A stretch of DNA of 58,111 nt from NCBI GenBank assembly GCA_049579585.1, contig JBAUOE010000105.1:1-58111 (forward strand), in the 5' to 3' direction. The notes below the pieces were generated by a model that was not told the origin of the DNA, did no database searches, and worked only from the letters and a program-made list of their open reading frames with translations. Source of the stretch: Solirubrobacterales bacterium. GTDB lineage: Bacteria; Actinomycetota; Thermoleophilia; Solirubrobacterales; 70-9. Positions 1 to 8,033 of this stretch are shown here, piece by piece. The position numbers and the translations under genes are program-made. How positions within the stretch are numbered: position 1 is the stretch's first letter; each line of letters begins with the position of its first letter.

Positions 1-1
1 C

Positions 2-1348
2 TCTTATGGCGCGTCCGGCATCGCGCTGTTTCCGGGAGGTTCGGGCCAGATCTCGGACGGATTCGTCGACCATCAGGGACGGGTCGTAGCGACCGGACGA
101 ACCAGCGACGGCGCCGGACAGGTCGGAAGGTTCACGGTTGATGGAACCGCCGACCCGGCATTCGGGTCCGGTGGCATCGCGACCTACACACTGTCCGCTC
201 CGAGCAGCGACACCGCCCGGCAGGTCTTCCGGGCCGGAAACAGAGTCCTGGTGGCCGGAAGCACCAACGCGAGGACCGAAAACGGCAACGGAAACCGGTT
301 CTCCTTCACCCGGCTGCTACCGAACGGCAAGCCCGACCGAAAGTTCGGCGACAAAGGGCAGGTAATCACCGGGATCCGTTCGGAACGTCGGGCAATGCTC
401 GGTTATTCGTCCGGAAAGATCTTCGTTGGTGGCCGGATAGAACTTGGCGACGATGACGATTACCATGCCTACATGGCGATCTCCAGGTATCGCTCGAACG
501 GCTCGATCGATTCCTCCTACGGTAATGGTGGTTTGACCGCCGAAGCCACCCTTGACGGCATGTTCCCCGAATACCTGATGGCGCAGCCTGACGGCGGGGT
601 AGTCACGGTTGACAAGACCCGCAGTGGAGCGAAGATGGCGCGGATCAACCCTGCCGGAGGGATCGACCTGAACTTCGGTTCCGGAGGCTCAACGAACATT
701 CGGATACCGCACGATCCCGGGGCAAGCCTCAGCGTCGAATCGGTCGCAACCGACCGCAAGGGCCTGCCGATCCTGGTTTTCTCCCGAGGAAGCTGCCGGC
801 CGAATCTTTGCGGCACCAATGAACTTGTCGTTTTGAAATTCAACTCCCGCGGGCGTCCCGCAACCGGATTCGGTGGCCGCGGCCAGATGGTGTCAAAAGC
901 AAGGACCGTCGACGCCATGTCGGTTGTCCCTGACGGCCGGGTAATCATCACCGGCATGAGATGCGTGGGCGGATCAGCCGAAAAATGCGCGAAGCGCCGG
1001 TTCGTACTTGTGCTCAAGAAGAACGGCCGTCCCGACCGCAGCTTCGGACGGCGAGGGCTCTCGGTTTCCCCGGTACGCGACGTCAAGGTTTCCGCGGTCA
1101 CGGCAACACGATCCGCCGTGATCCTCGCCGGTGAACGCGCGGGACGTCCCGCGCTGCTCAGCTTTGGCAAGAACGGCAAGCCATCCCGGGGCTGGGGTCG
1201 CGGGGGCCTGGTCAGTGTCAGCGCAGGGCTTGGCGGGGCGCTGAACTCGATCTCCACGATGCCCAACGGTCGGCTAGTTTCGGCCGGTGCCCTGCGCACT
1301 TCCGACGAGGCCGACAATTTCCTGACAGTGGGGCTCACCGCCCCTTAG
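2..1348 (+). CDS. delta-60 / beta-propeller repeat protein, 5' partial (continues upstream of window)
   Basis: This frame is open from nt 2 with no stop. The listed ORF 251..1348 is only its first in-frame GTG. It carries repeated units with Gly-rich signatures (NGSIDSSYGNGG, AGGIDLNFGSGG, GRPATGFGGRG, GRPDRSFGRRG, GKPSRGWGRGG) typical of delta-60-type repeats. Confidence 0.6.
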   Translation, partial: SYGASGIALFPGGSGQISDGFVDHQGRVVATGRTSDGAGQVGRFTVDGTADPAFGSGGIATYTLSAPSSDTARQVFRAGNRVLVAGSTNARTENGNGNRFSFTRLLPNGKPDRKFGDKGQVITGIRSERRAMLGYSSGKIFVGGRIELGDDDDYHAYMAISRYRSNGSIDSSYGNGGLTAEATLDGMFPEYLMAQPDGGVVTVDKTRSGAKMARINPAGGIDLNFGSGGSTNIRIPHDPGASLSVESVATDRKGLPILVFSRGSCRPNLCGTNELVVLKFNSRGRPATGFGGRGQMVSKARTVDAMSVVPDGRVIITGMRCVGGSAEKCAKRRFVLVLKKNGRPDRSFGRRGLSVSPVRDVKVSAVTATRSAVILAGERAGRPALLSFGKNGKPSRGWGRGGLVSVSAGLGGALNSISTMPNGRLVSAGALRTSDEADNFLTVGLTAP

Positions 1349-1353
1349 CGGCA

Positions 1354-1848
1354 CTACGGCTGGGCGAAGGACTCGTCTGCATTCAGCCGTTTCTGCAACT
1401 GCTGGATGCTCTTGGTGTTGCTTTCAACCTGCTGGTTGGTCTGGCTGATCCGGTTGTTCGTCCGGTCGATGTCGTTTTCAACCTGGGTGAGTTCGGTGTC
1501 AAGCGCGGAATCGCGGCTGGCAAGCGTGTTCAGCTGCTGCTTGAAGTTCTTGTTCTGTTTCTTCAGCTTCTGGATGCTGTTGGCGTTGCTGTTGAGTCTC
1601 TTCACGAGGGACTTCTCGGAATTGGTCAGGTTGTCAACCAGTTGCTCCGCATCGGAAGCCTGCTTGTCTTCTTTCGCGTCCTGCGTTGCCTGGGCGGACG
1701 CGAACTCCTGTTCAATCTGGGTCGAAATGTCCTGGCTGTCCTTGGTCGCGTTCTTGGCGTTATACGCCGTGATCGTGCCAACGATGCCGAGGACGAGCCC
1801 GAGGGAACCAAGGGTGATCGCGAGAATCTTCTTCGTATTCGAGCTCAT
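1354..1848 (-). CDS. membrane-anchored coiled-coil protein, function unknown
   Basis: 164-aa ORF. It has an N-terminal hydrophobic helix (ILAITLGSLGLVLGIVGTITAY) followed by a long N/Q/S/D/K-rich heptad-like region. No recognisable catalytic motif. Confidence 0.55.
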   Translation of the reverse strand: MSSNTKKILAITLGSLGLVLGIVGTITAYNAKNATKDSQDISTQIEQEFASAQATQDAKEDKQASDAEQLVDNLTNSEKSLVKRLNSNANSIQKLKKQNKNFKQQLNTLASRDSALDTELTQVENDIDRTNNRISQTNQQVESNTKSIQQLQKRLNADESFAQP

Positions 1849-1883
1849 GGTCCGCAGACCCTAGCCGAAGGTCAACCAGTCGT

Positions 1884-1900
1884 GGGGGTGATTTACCCCC
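1884..1900 (-). terminator. GC hairpin between secG and the coiled-coil gene (possible terminator or processing stem, no U-tract)
   Basis: GGGGGT-gattt-ACCCCC: a 6-bp perfect stem with a 5-nt loop, just downstream of the secG stop. Confidence 0.3.
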
Positions 1901-1906
1901 GGTGAA

Positions 1907-2131
1907 TCAGATCTTGAGCAGGAGAACCGTGTTCAGGAAGAACACGACTGCGGTCACGACTGTCGCCCTTGACAGGTTGCGCTCGACCATTGAGCCGCCG
2001 CCAACTGAACTGCCGCCGCCACCGATGCCGAAAGCACCCGAGAGGCCCGCGTCTTTGCCCGAGTGCAGCAGCACCAGGAAGATGAGCAGAACGGCAATTC
2101 CTACCTGAATAACAGCGAAGAAGGTGTACAT
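1907..2131 (-). CDS. secG: preprotein translocase subunit SecG
   Basis: Taken from the internal Met (MYTFFAVIQVGIAVLLIFLVLLHSGKDAGLSGAFGIGGG...), giving 74 aa. Two TM helices flank a Gly-rich loop, the classic SecG layout. The upstream 33 aa of the listed ORF look like read-through. Confidence 0.85.
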   Translation of the reverse strand: MYTFFAVIQVGIAVLLIFLVLLHSGKDAGLSGAFGIGGGGSSVGGGSMVERNLSRATVVTAVVFFLNTVLLLKI

Positions 2132-2144
2132 ACGACGCTGGAGT

Positions 2145-2471
2145 CTAGCTGTCGCCGGGTTTGGACGCGCGGTCGTCAGGCGGGGAAGGTTCCGTTTCGG
2201 CCCTACCACCGACCTGATCCAGCTTTTCAAGGATCTTCACGGCGTCACCACGCAGGTCCGCGTTGATTTCATCGAAGTCCCCTTGCGACAGTTTGCCGGA
2301 GGCCAGATCGGTTTCGGCGTCGCGGATCTCGCGGTATTTGGAATCGCGGGCTGCTTCAAGTGCCGCCCGTTCCGGGTCGACCGCGGTGCTGGCTTCCTGC
2401 CCGCCCCAGAACGGGTAGGTCACGAATGCGCCAATGGCTGCCGCCAGGATCGCTCCAATCAGGTATTCCAT
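2145..2471 (-). CDS. small membrane protein resembling the N-terminal domain of CcmI (cytochrome c biogenesis factor)
   Basis: 108 aa with one N-terminal TM, then 'YREIRDAETDLASGKLSQGDFDEINADLRGD', which resembles the CcmI N-domain pattern. Its start overlaps the ccmF stop by 1 nt. Confidence 0.45.
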   Translation of the reverse strand: MEYLIGAILAAAIGAFVTYPFWGGQEASTAVDPERAALEAARDSKYREIRDAETDLASGKLSQGDFDEINADLRGDAVKILEKLDQVGGRAETEPSPPDDRASKPGDS

Positions 2472-4597
2472 CAGGCTTCAGACCCCGCTTTGCGTCGTCG
2501 GAAGGTGCCGCTGGGCCAGGCTGCGAACAGAGCACCAAGGATCGCGATGATCGCTCCGATCCAGATCCAGGTGACCATCGGGCTGACGATCACGCGGAAA
2601 GTGACCGGCACGAAGTTTTCCGGGGCCGTGTAGTCCTCGAGGATCTGGTCGGTCGCAAGATTCTGGACTTCGATCAGCTGCTCGGTGAGAGCTTCCGTCT
2701 GCGACGGGTCCCGCTGGATGACCGGTAGCACCTTTTCTCGCATGTAAGCGCCAAAACGGGCGTCAGCTGATTTGGCCCGATCCTGGATCACCGTCGTGTC
2801 GGGCTCAAGTGAAACCCAGAAATCGGAGAAGAGTCCGGCGTCGAGTCCAACTTCGGATGTCGCTTCGCCTTCGAAGTAGCTGCTGATTGTCCGGGTTTCG
2901 CCGGAATTCAGGTGGTATCGACGGCTCGGATACACCCTGAAGTTCTTCTTGCCGTCCCGGTCGACCTGGAGTTCGGCGCCGAAAACCAGGGCGTCCCGGT
3001 CCCGCTCGACCGTGGGCTTGACGTAAGTGATGTCGTAACCATGGACGGAAACCGTTTCGCCGGGGGCCAGCTTACGGTCCACCTTCGTCTCGAAACTCGA
3101 TGAGGCGGCCACCCCGACCAGCAGGACAACCAGCCCCAGGTGGACGATGTAACCGCCGTACCGGCGCCGGTTCCGGATCGCGACGGCATAGATCGAAGCG
3201 ATCATCGAACCGCCCGAACTCTTGCGGCGGGCCGAGGCTCCACGCCATGTGTCCTGGAAGAGCGCGACCACGGTGAAGGCGGCGAGCGTGAAGACGGCCA
3301 GCGCCCCGACGCTTTTCGCAGCGTCGGTGAAAACCAGAAGGACCACCAGGACGATCGAGGCGGCGACGAGCGGCCAGAGGAAAACCTTCTTGGCGCCTTC
3401 CCAGGAAAGCCGGCGCCAGGCCAGCAGCGGGCCAAGGCCTGTGAACAGGACAAGCAAAACCGCCAGCGGGGTTGTGTAACGATCGAACCACGGCGCGGCC
3501 AGGGTCGAACGGGTGCCGGTGATCAATTCCGAGATCAGCGGAAAGAAGGTTCCCCAGAAAACGACGGCACAGAGTGCCACGAGCAGCAGGTTGTTGATCA
3601 GGAATATCGCTTCCCTGGAGACCAGGGAGTCGATTCTTCGTTCCGACCGGAGGATGTCCAGCCGGGAGATGACCAGGAAGGTCGAACCGATCAGAATTAC
3701 CCCGATCAGGGCCAGGAAATAGGGGCCGACAGTTGAGTCACCGAAAGCATGGATTGACTGGAGCACGCCCGATCGCACCAGGAATGTGCCGAGCAGGGCA
3801 AGGGTGAAACTGGCGATGATCAGGCTGACGTTCCACACTTTCAGCATGCCGCGCTTTTCCTGAACCATGATCGAGTGGAGATAGGCGGTGGTGATCAGCC
3901 AGGGCATTATCGATGCGTTTTCAACCGGGTCCCATGCCCAGTAACCACCCCAGCCCAGTTCGGTGTAGGACCAGCGCGAGCCGAGGATGATGCCGATCGA
4001 AAGGAAAGTCCAGGCGATCAGGGCAAAGCCCCGCGTCGACTTGGTCCAGGCCGCATCGACCTGCCGCGTGATCAGCGCACCGATCGCGAAAGCGAAAGGC
4101 ACGGTCAGCGAGACGTAACCGACGTAAAGCATCGGCGGATGGATGATCATCGACGGGTGCTGCAGCAGCGGGTTCAGGCCGGTGCCGTCACGCGGAACTT
4201 CGGACAGAACGGTGAAAGGATTCACGCCGCCGCCGAAAAGCATCAGGCTAATGAAAAAGACCGCGATTCCGAGCATGATTGCGGTGGCCCATGGCACCAC
4301 GTCGCGGAGCTTCCGACGGGTCGCGTAAAGGGAAATGGAGGCGACCACCGACAGCAACGAAGCCCAGAGCAGCAGCGAGCCTTCCTGGCTCGACCACATC
4401 GCCGTGAACTTGTAGAAGTTCGGTGTTTCAATTGATGAATGGTTGGCGACAACGCTCAGGCTGAAGTCGTCGGTAAGGAATGCGTACTCAATCGCAAATA
4501 CGCAGAGCAGCAGGAGAAAGGCCAGCGAATAGGCAGAGCGGCGGGAGGCATCAACCCAGCGACGGTCGCCGCGGGTACCGACCAGCGCGGCGATCAC
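2471..4597 (-). CDS. ccmF: cytochrome c-type biogenesis protein CcmF (heme lyase component)
   Basis: 708-aa polytopic membrane protein with the Trp-rich motif WGGYWAWDPVENASIMPWL. Confidence 0.9.
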   Translation of the reverse strand: MIAALVGTRGDRRWVDASRRSAYSLAFLLLLCVFAIEYAFLTDDFSLSVVANHSSIETPNFYKFTAMWSSQEGSLLLWASLLSVVASISLYATRRKLRDVVPWATAIMLGIAVFFISLMLFGGGVNPFTVLSEVPRDGTGLNPLLQHPSMIIHPPMLYVGYVSLTVPFAFAIGALITRQVDAAWTKSTRGFALIAWTFLSIGIILGSRWSYTELGWGGYWAWDPVENASIMPWLITTAYLHSIMVQEKRGMLKVWNVSLIIASFTLALLGTFLVRSGVLQSIHAFGDSTVGPYFLALIGVILIGSTFLVISRLDILRSERRIDSLVSREAIFLINNLLLVALCAVVFWGTFFPLISELITGTRSTLAAPWFDRYTTPLAVLLVLFTGLGPLLAWRRLSWEGAKKVFLWPLVAASIVLVVLLVFTDAAKSVGALAVFTLAAFTVVALFQDTWRGASARRKSSGGSMIASIYAVAIRNRRRYGGYIVHLGLVVLLVGVAASSSFETKVDRKLAPGETVSVHGYDITYVKPTVERDRDALVFGAELQVDRDGKKNFRVYPSRRYHLNSGETRTISSYFEGEATSEVGLDAGLFSDFWVSLEPDTTVIQDRAKSADARFGAYMREKVLPVIQRDPSQTEALTEQLIEVQNLATDQILEDYTAPENFVPVTFRVIVSPMVTWIWIGAIIAILGALFAAWPSGTFRRRKAGSEA

Positions 4598-4646
4598 ACC
4601 GAAGGTGGCTGTCAGTAACGCCAGCCAGAGCGCCGCGGAACCGAGG

Positions 4647-5048
4647 CTACTGATACTTCTTCTCCGAGAACTTCGACGGGCACTTGGTCACGAGTGTGTC
4701 CTTGTCCCCCACGAAGACCCCGGATTCATTGACGCTTCCCTGAAGCACTATTTCGCGGTGATCGCGGAACGGATCAGGGATAACGCCTTCGTAGCTGACC
4801 GGGATCGAGCCTGCCCCATCACGGTCGCTGACCTTGAAAGTTGCTCCAGTATCGGTCTTTACGATTGAGCCGGCAATTACCTTTCCGGTCATCTCATAGT
4901 TCTTCCCGGGAATGGCACTCTGAAGTTCGGAGGGTTCGCGCGCTTCGCTTGAAGCGTTGAACGATACGTAGATCAGCCCTGTTGCCAGAGCGAGAGCCAC
5001 ACCGAGGGCTACGAAGAGCCGGATTTGACGCTTTCGGGAAAGATCCAT
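4647..5048 (-). CDS. ccmE: cytochrome c maturation heme chaperone CcmE, Cys-type variant
   Basis: 133 aa with an N-terminal TM anchor and an OB-fold-like body. The C-terminal 'VTKCPSKFSEKKYQ' sits where canonical CcmE has HxxxY. Codons were checked directly (TGC at 4680..4682). Confidence 0.85.
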   Translation of the reverse strand: MDLSRKRQIRLFVALGVALALATGLIYVSFNASSEAREPSELQSAIPGKNYEMTGKVIAGSIVKTDTGATFKVSDRDGAGSIPVSYEGVIPDPFRDHREIVLQGSVNESGVFVGDKDTLVTKCPSKFSEKKYQ

Positions 5049-5109
5049 ACTAAGCAGTCATTATCGCAAGTCGGGCAGGTCGGCGTCTGCCTCGTGCCAG
5101 AATCAAGTC

Positions 5110-5817
5110 ATGAGCGAATCCGAGAAGGTCCTCCTGATCACTGGTGCAGGCAGCGGAATCGGGGCGGCCACGGCCCGCCTGATGGCTGCTGACTACAGGC
5201 TTGTCCTGGCCGGCCGGCGCCTCGAACCCCTCCAGGAACTGGCGGCGGAGCTGGGCGGCGAGGAGCGCGCGATCGTGACCCAGTGTGATGTCAGCGACTG
5301 GGATCAGGTCGAAGCGATGACCGCCGCCGCACTCGAAGCCTTCGGCAGAATCGATGTGGTTTTCGCCAACGCCGGGTTCGGTGCCAGCCGTGGCTTCCTC
5401 GAAGAAACTCCCGAGCAGTGGCAGTCGATGGTCCTGACCAACGTCCTCGGCCCTGCCTTGACGATCCGTTCCACGTTGCCGCACCTGCTCGAAAGGGGAG
5501 ACGGCCACGTGCTTATTACAAGTTCCATGGCCGGCCGCCGGGTACTCCCCGGCTCGATGTATTCAGCCACCAAACATGCTGCGACCGCGATCGGTGAGGC
5601 GTTACGGCAGGAGCTGCGCGGGCTTGATGACGGAAACCGGATCAAGATGACTTTGATCGAACCGGGCATGGTCGACACTCCGTTTTTCGACAATCGTCCT
5701 GGCGACAGCGCCCTCGGCGACGATGACATTGCGAGGGCCGTGGAGTACGCGCTGAACCAGCCCGACTCGGTCGACGTGAACGAGATTCTGGTTCGGCCGA
5801 TTTCCCAGCCGATCTGA
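5110..5817 (+). CDS. short-chain dehydrogenase/reductase (SDR)
   Basis: Cofactor motif TGAGSGIGAATA, catalytic YSATKHA, and a length of 235 aa. Confidence 0.85.
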   Translation: MSESEKVLLITGAGSGIGAATARLMAADYRLVLAGRRLEPLQELAAELGGEERAIVTQCDVSDWDQVEAMTAAALEAFGRIDVVFANAGFGASRGFLEETPEQWQSMVLTNVLGPALTIRSTLPHLLERGDGHVLITSSMAGRRVLPGSMYSATKHAATAIGEALRQELRGLDDGNRIKMTLIEPGMVDTPFFDNRPGDSALGDDDIARAVEYALNQPDSVDVNEILVRPISQPI

Positions 5818-5820
5818 TTC

Positions 5821-6852
5821 TCAGCCAGGCAGCAGAAGCAAAACGAGTCGCCAGTAGGCCCTGAGGACGAAACGCACCGGCCCCCGCCGGACCAATGCCG
5901 GCAGGAAAGGTGAATCCAGGTCGGGGGTAAGGATCAGCGCGAAGTTCCGGGCCGAGACCGAACGGACCGCCTGGATCTTCCGGCGTTCGCCAAGAAGCCG
6001 TGGCAGCCATCTGAGGGTTTCGGCCCAGGCCCGGCGTTTCTCCGGCAGCCAGCCGCCAGTGCTGGCGGCGGCAAACAGGGCTATTTCCGTGGCCAGGAGC
6101 GCCGGGAGCAGCAGCAGGAGAAGGGCGGCCGGATAGTTTCGGATGATCATCGCCCAGCGGTTCCGTTCCAGCCAGAACCATTTCGTTCCGGCCCCGCCAA
6201 ACTCATAGGCGTGGTCAACTTTCGCTTCGGTGAGCAGGCCGACCTTCTCGTTGGCCGACCTCAGCCGGATCGAAAGATCGGTGTCTTCCTGATAGAGGAA
6301 AAACGCTTCCGGGAAACCACCAAGCCGTCGCCAGGTTTCAAGGGGCATGGCGAGGCAGGCGCCTGACGCGGTCGGGACTTCCCGGTCAGGACCAGCTTCG
6401 CCCGCCGGTTCGCCATGACCGCCAGCCCAGGAGATCCCGGTGAAATGAACCGGGTTGCCGGCCGAGTTGATGTAAAGGCGATCGTTCTCCCGGAAGAGAA
6501 CCAGACCCATCCAGGCAGACCAGTCGGGATGCACTTCCAACGGCCACCGGATCGCGGCGCCAAATCCCGGTTCGGGCCGGGCATCAGGGTTGAGGACCAG
6601 CAGCAGGTCCCCCTCGGCTAGTTCGGCACCCCGGTTCACCGCCGCGGCAAAACCAAGGTTGGCCCCCATCGTTTCGATCCGGGCATCGGGCAGGTGCTCG
6701 GATACGACGCTTGCCAGTTCATCGGTTGAACCGTTGTCGACCACGATCACTTGGTCGCCATCTTCGAGTTCAGTCCCGAGTGCGGGCAGGGTCCGCCCCA
6801 GTTCCCCGGCCGAGTTGTAAGCGACGATGACAACAGTGAGCGTGGCTTTCAA
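5821..6852 (-). CDS. family 2 glycosyltransferase
   Basis: N-terminal 'VVIVAYNSAGEL...VIVVDNGSTD' and a DxD-like region typical of GT2/GT-A enzymes. Confidence 0.8.
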   Translation of the reverse strand: MKATLTVVIVAYNSAGELGRTLPALGTELEDGDQVIVVDNGSTDELASVVSEHLPDARIETMGANLGFAAAVNRGAELAEGDLLLVLNPDARPEPGFGAAIRWPLEVHPDWSAWMGLVLFRENDRLYINSAGNPVHFTGISWAGGHGEPAGEAGPDREVPTASGACLAMPLETWRRLGGFPEAFFLYQEDTDLSIRLRSANEKVGLLTEAKVDHAYEFGGAGTKWFWLERNRWAMIIRNYPAALLLLLLPALLATEIALFAAASTGGWLPEKRRAWAETLRWLPRLLGERRKIQAVRSVSARNFALILTPDLDSPFLPALVRRGPVRFVLRAYWRLVLLLLPG

Positions 6853-6925
6853 AGCGGACGACGGGGATCGAACCCGCGACCTCGAGCTTGGGAAGCTCGC
6901 GCTCTACCAACTGAGCTACGTCCGC
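6853..6925 (-). tRNA. tRNA-Gly (anticodon CCC)
   Basis: The minus strand reads GCGGACGTAGCTCAGTTGGTAGAGCGCGAGCTTCCCAAGCTCGAGGTCGCGGGTTCGATCCCCGTCGTCCGCT. It has a 7-bp acceptor stem, a D-arm GCTC/GAGC, an anticodon stem CGAGC/GCTCG with loop TTCCCAA, and the T-loop GGTTCGATCC. The discriminator is U and CCA is not encoded. Confidence 0.9.
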
Positions 6926-7014
6926 ACAGGCGCATTGTGCCTCATACCAATCCGAAGACGGGCCGTGATGCACATTCTTCATACTCTGCAGTCTTGAAGG
7001 AATCCAGACAGATA

Positions 7015-7575
7015 ATGATTCTCGGGGTGTCGATCGGCGTGTCGACGGCACTCACTCTCGTGGCAGTCGCTGCCCTGCTCGCCTTCCTGACCTGGGGTCT
7101 GATCGCCAAAGGAGACAGTTCCCTGGCCATCGGCGAACCGGTTCCGGTGGCCACCCTGCCGACCCTGCCCGAAGGCGGGGAAACCTCCCTTGCCGACTTC
7201 AGAGGCGACTGGGTCCTGCTCAATGTCTGGGCGTCGTGGTGCGTTCCCTGCCGGGATGAATCGCCCGCCCTGGATGAATTCGAGAGAGAGAACCGCAACC
7301 GGATCAAGCTGCTCGGGGTCGACACCAAGGACCTGAGCGAAGACGCGCTCAAGTTCCTTGAAAAATACGGAATCTCCTACCCCCAGATTCGCGATGCGGC
7401 TGGTAGTTACGCCGACGACCTGAAGACCACCGGGGTGCCTGAGTCCTTCCTGATCGACCCGGATGGAAATCTGGTGGCCCGCTTTCCCGGACCGTTCGAG
7501 GACGTCGAAGCGATCGAAAACTTCGCCGCTCCGGCCCTCGCCGGCACGGCAACCAGCCCTGGACCGAACGGGTGA
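7015..7575 (+). CDS. ccmG: thiol:disulfide oxidoreductase, CcmG/DsbE/TlpA family
   Basis: Start taken at the internal ATG (MILGVSIGV...) because the longer ORF runs across the tRNA. It has an N-terminal TM anchor and the thioredoxin motif WASWCVPC. It overlaps ccmH by 4 nt. Confidence 0.8.
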   Translation: MILGVSIGVSTALTLVAVAALLAFLTWGLIAKGDSSLAIGEPVPVATLPTLPEGGETSLADFRGDWVLLNVWASWCVPCRDESPALDEFERENRNRIKLLGVDTKDLSEDALKFLEKYGISYPQIRDAAGSYADDLKTTGVPESFLIDPDGNLVARFPGPFEDVEAIENFAAPALAGTATSPGPNG

Positions 7576-8024
7576 AACGTTTCCTGACCCTGGTCGCGGT
7601 GCTTGCCCTGGCCTGGTCGGTGGTTCCGGTCGCTTCTGCCGAAACCGCGAGCCTGCCTCAATTGGAAGACGAAGTTATGTGCCCGGTGTGTGGCACCCTG
7701 CTCGGACTTTCCCGCGCTCCCGCCGCCGAAAGACAGCGGGTGTTCATTCGCGGATTGATCAACGAGGGCGCCACCGAAGACGAAGTGAAAGATGCCCTGG
7801 TCGCTGAATACGGGCCGCAGGTTCTCGCCCTGCCGGATGACGACGGAATCAACGTCTACGCCTATCTGGTCCCCCTGATCGGTTTCGCCCTGGGCGCCCT
7901 CGGGGTCCTGTACGCCGGACTCCGCTGGCGGCGCAACAAAAAGCAGGCGGCCCCGCCTGCGGACGGCCCCCCGCAAGGTGAATCGGATCGCCTCGACGAA
8001 GACATGGCCAAGTACGACCTGTAG
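7572..8024 (+). CDS. ccmH: cytochrome c-type biogenesis protein CcmH
   Basis: Signal peptide, a 'VMCPVCG' CxxC motif followed by 'ERQRVFIRGLINEGATEDEVKDALVAEYG', and a C-terminal TM. Confidence 0.8.
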   Translation: MKRFLTLVAVLALAWSVVPVASAETASLPQLEDEVMCPVCGTLLGLSRAPAAERQRVFIRGLINEGATEDEVKDALVAEYGPQVLALPDDDGINVYAYLVPLIGFALGALGVLYAGLRWRRNKKQAAPPADGPPQGESDRLDEDMAKYDL

Positions 8025-8033
8025 GGCGCGGCC

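Noticed and set aside
5110-6925. Possible genomic islet (SDR + GT2) integrated at tRNA-Gly and splitting the ccm genes.
   Set aside because: There is no integrase, no direct repeat of the tRNA 3' end that I could find, and no obvious compositional break. It is treated only as a synteny observation.
6751-7014. N-terminal 88-aa extension of the ccmG ORF as listed in the ORF track.
   Set aside because: The extension runs straight across the tRNA-Gly gene and has junk-like composition. The internal ATG at 7015 gives a normal TM-anchored thioredoxin-like protein.
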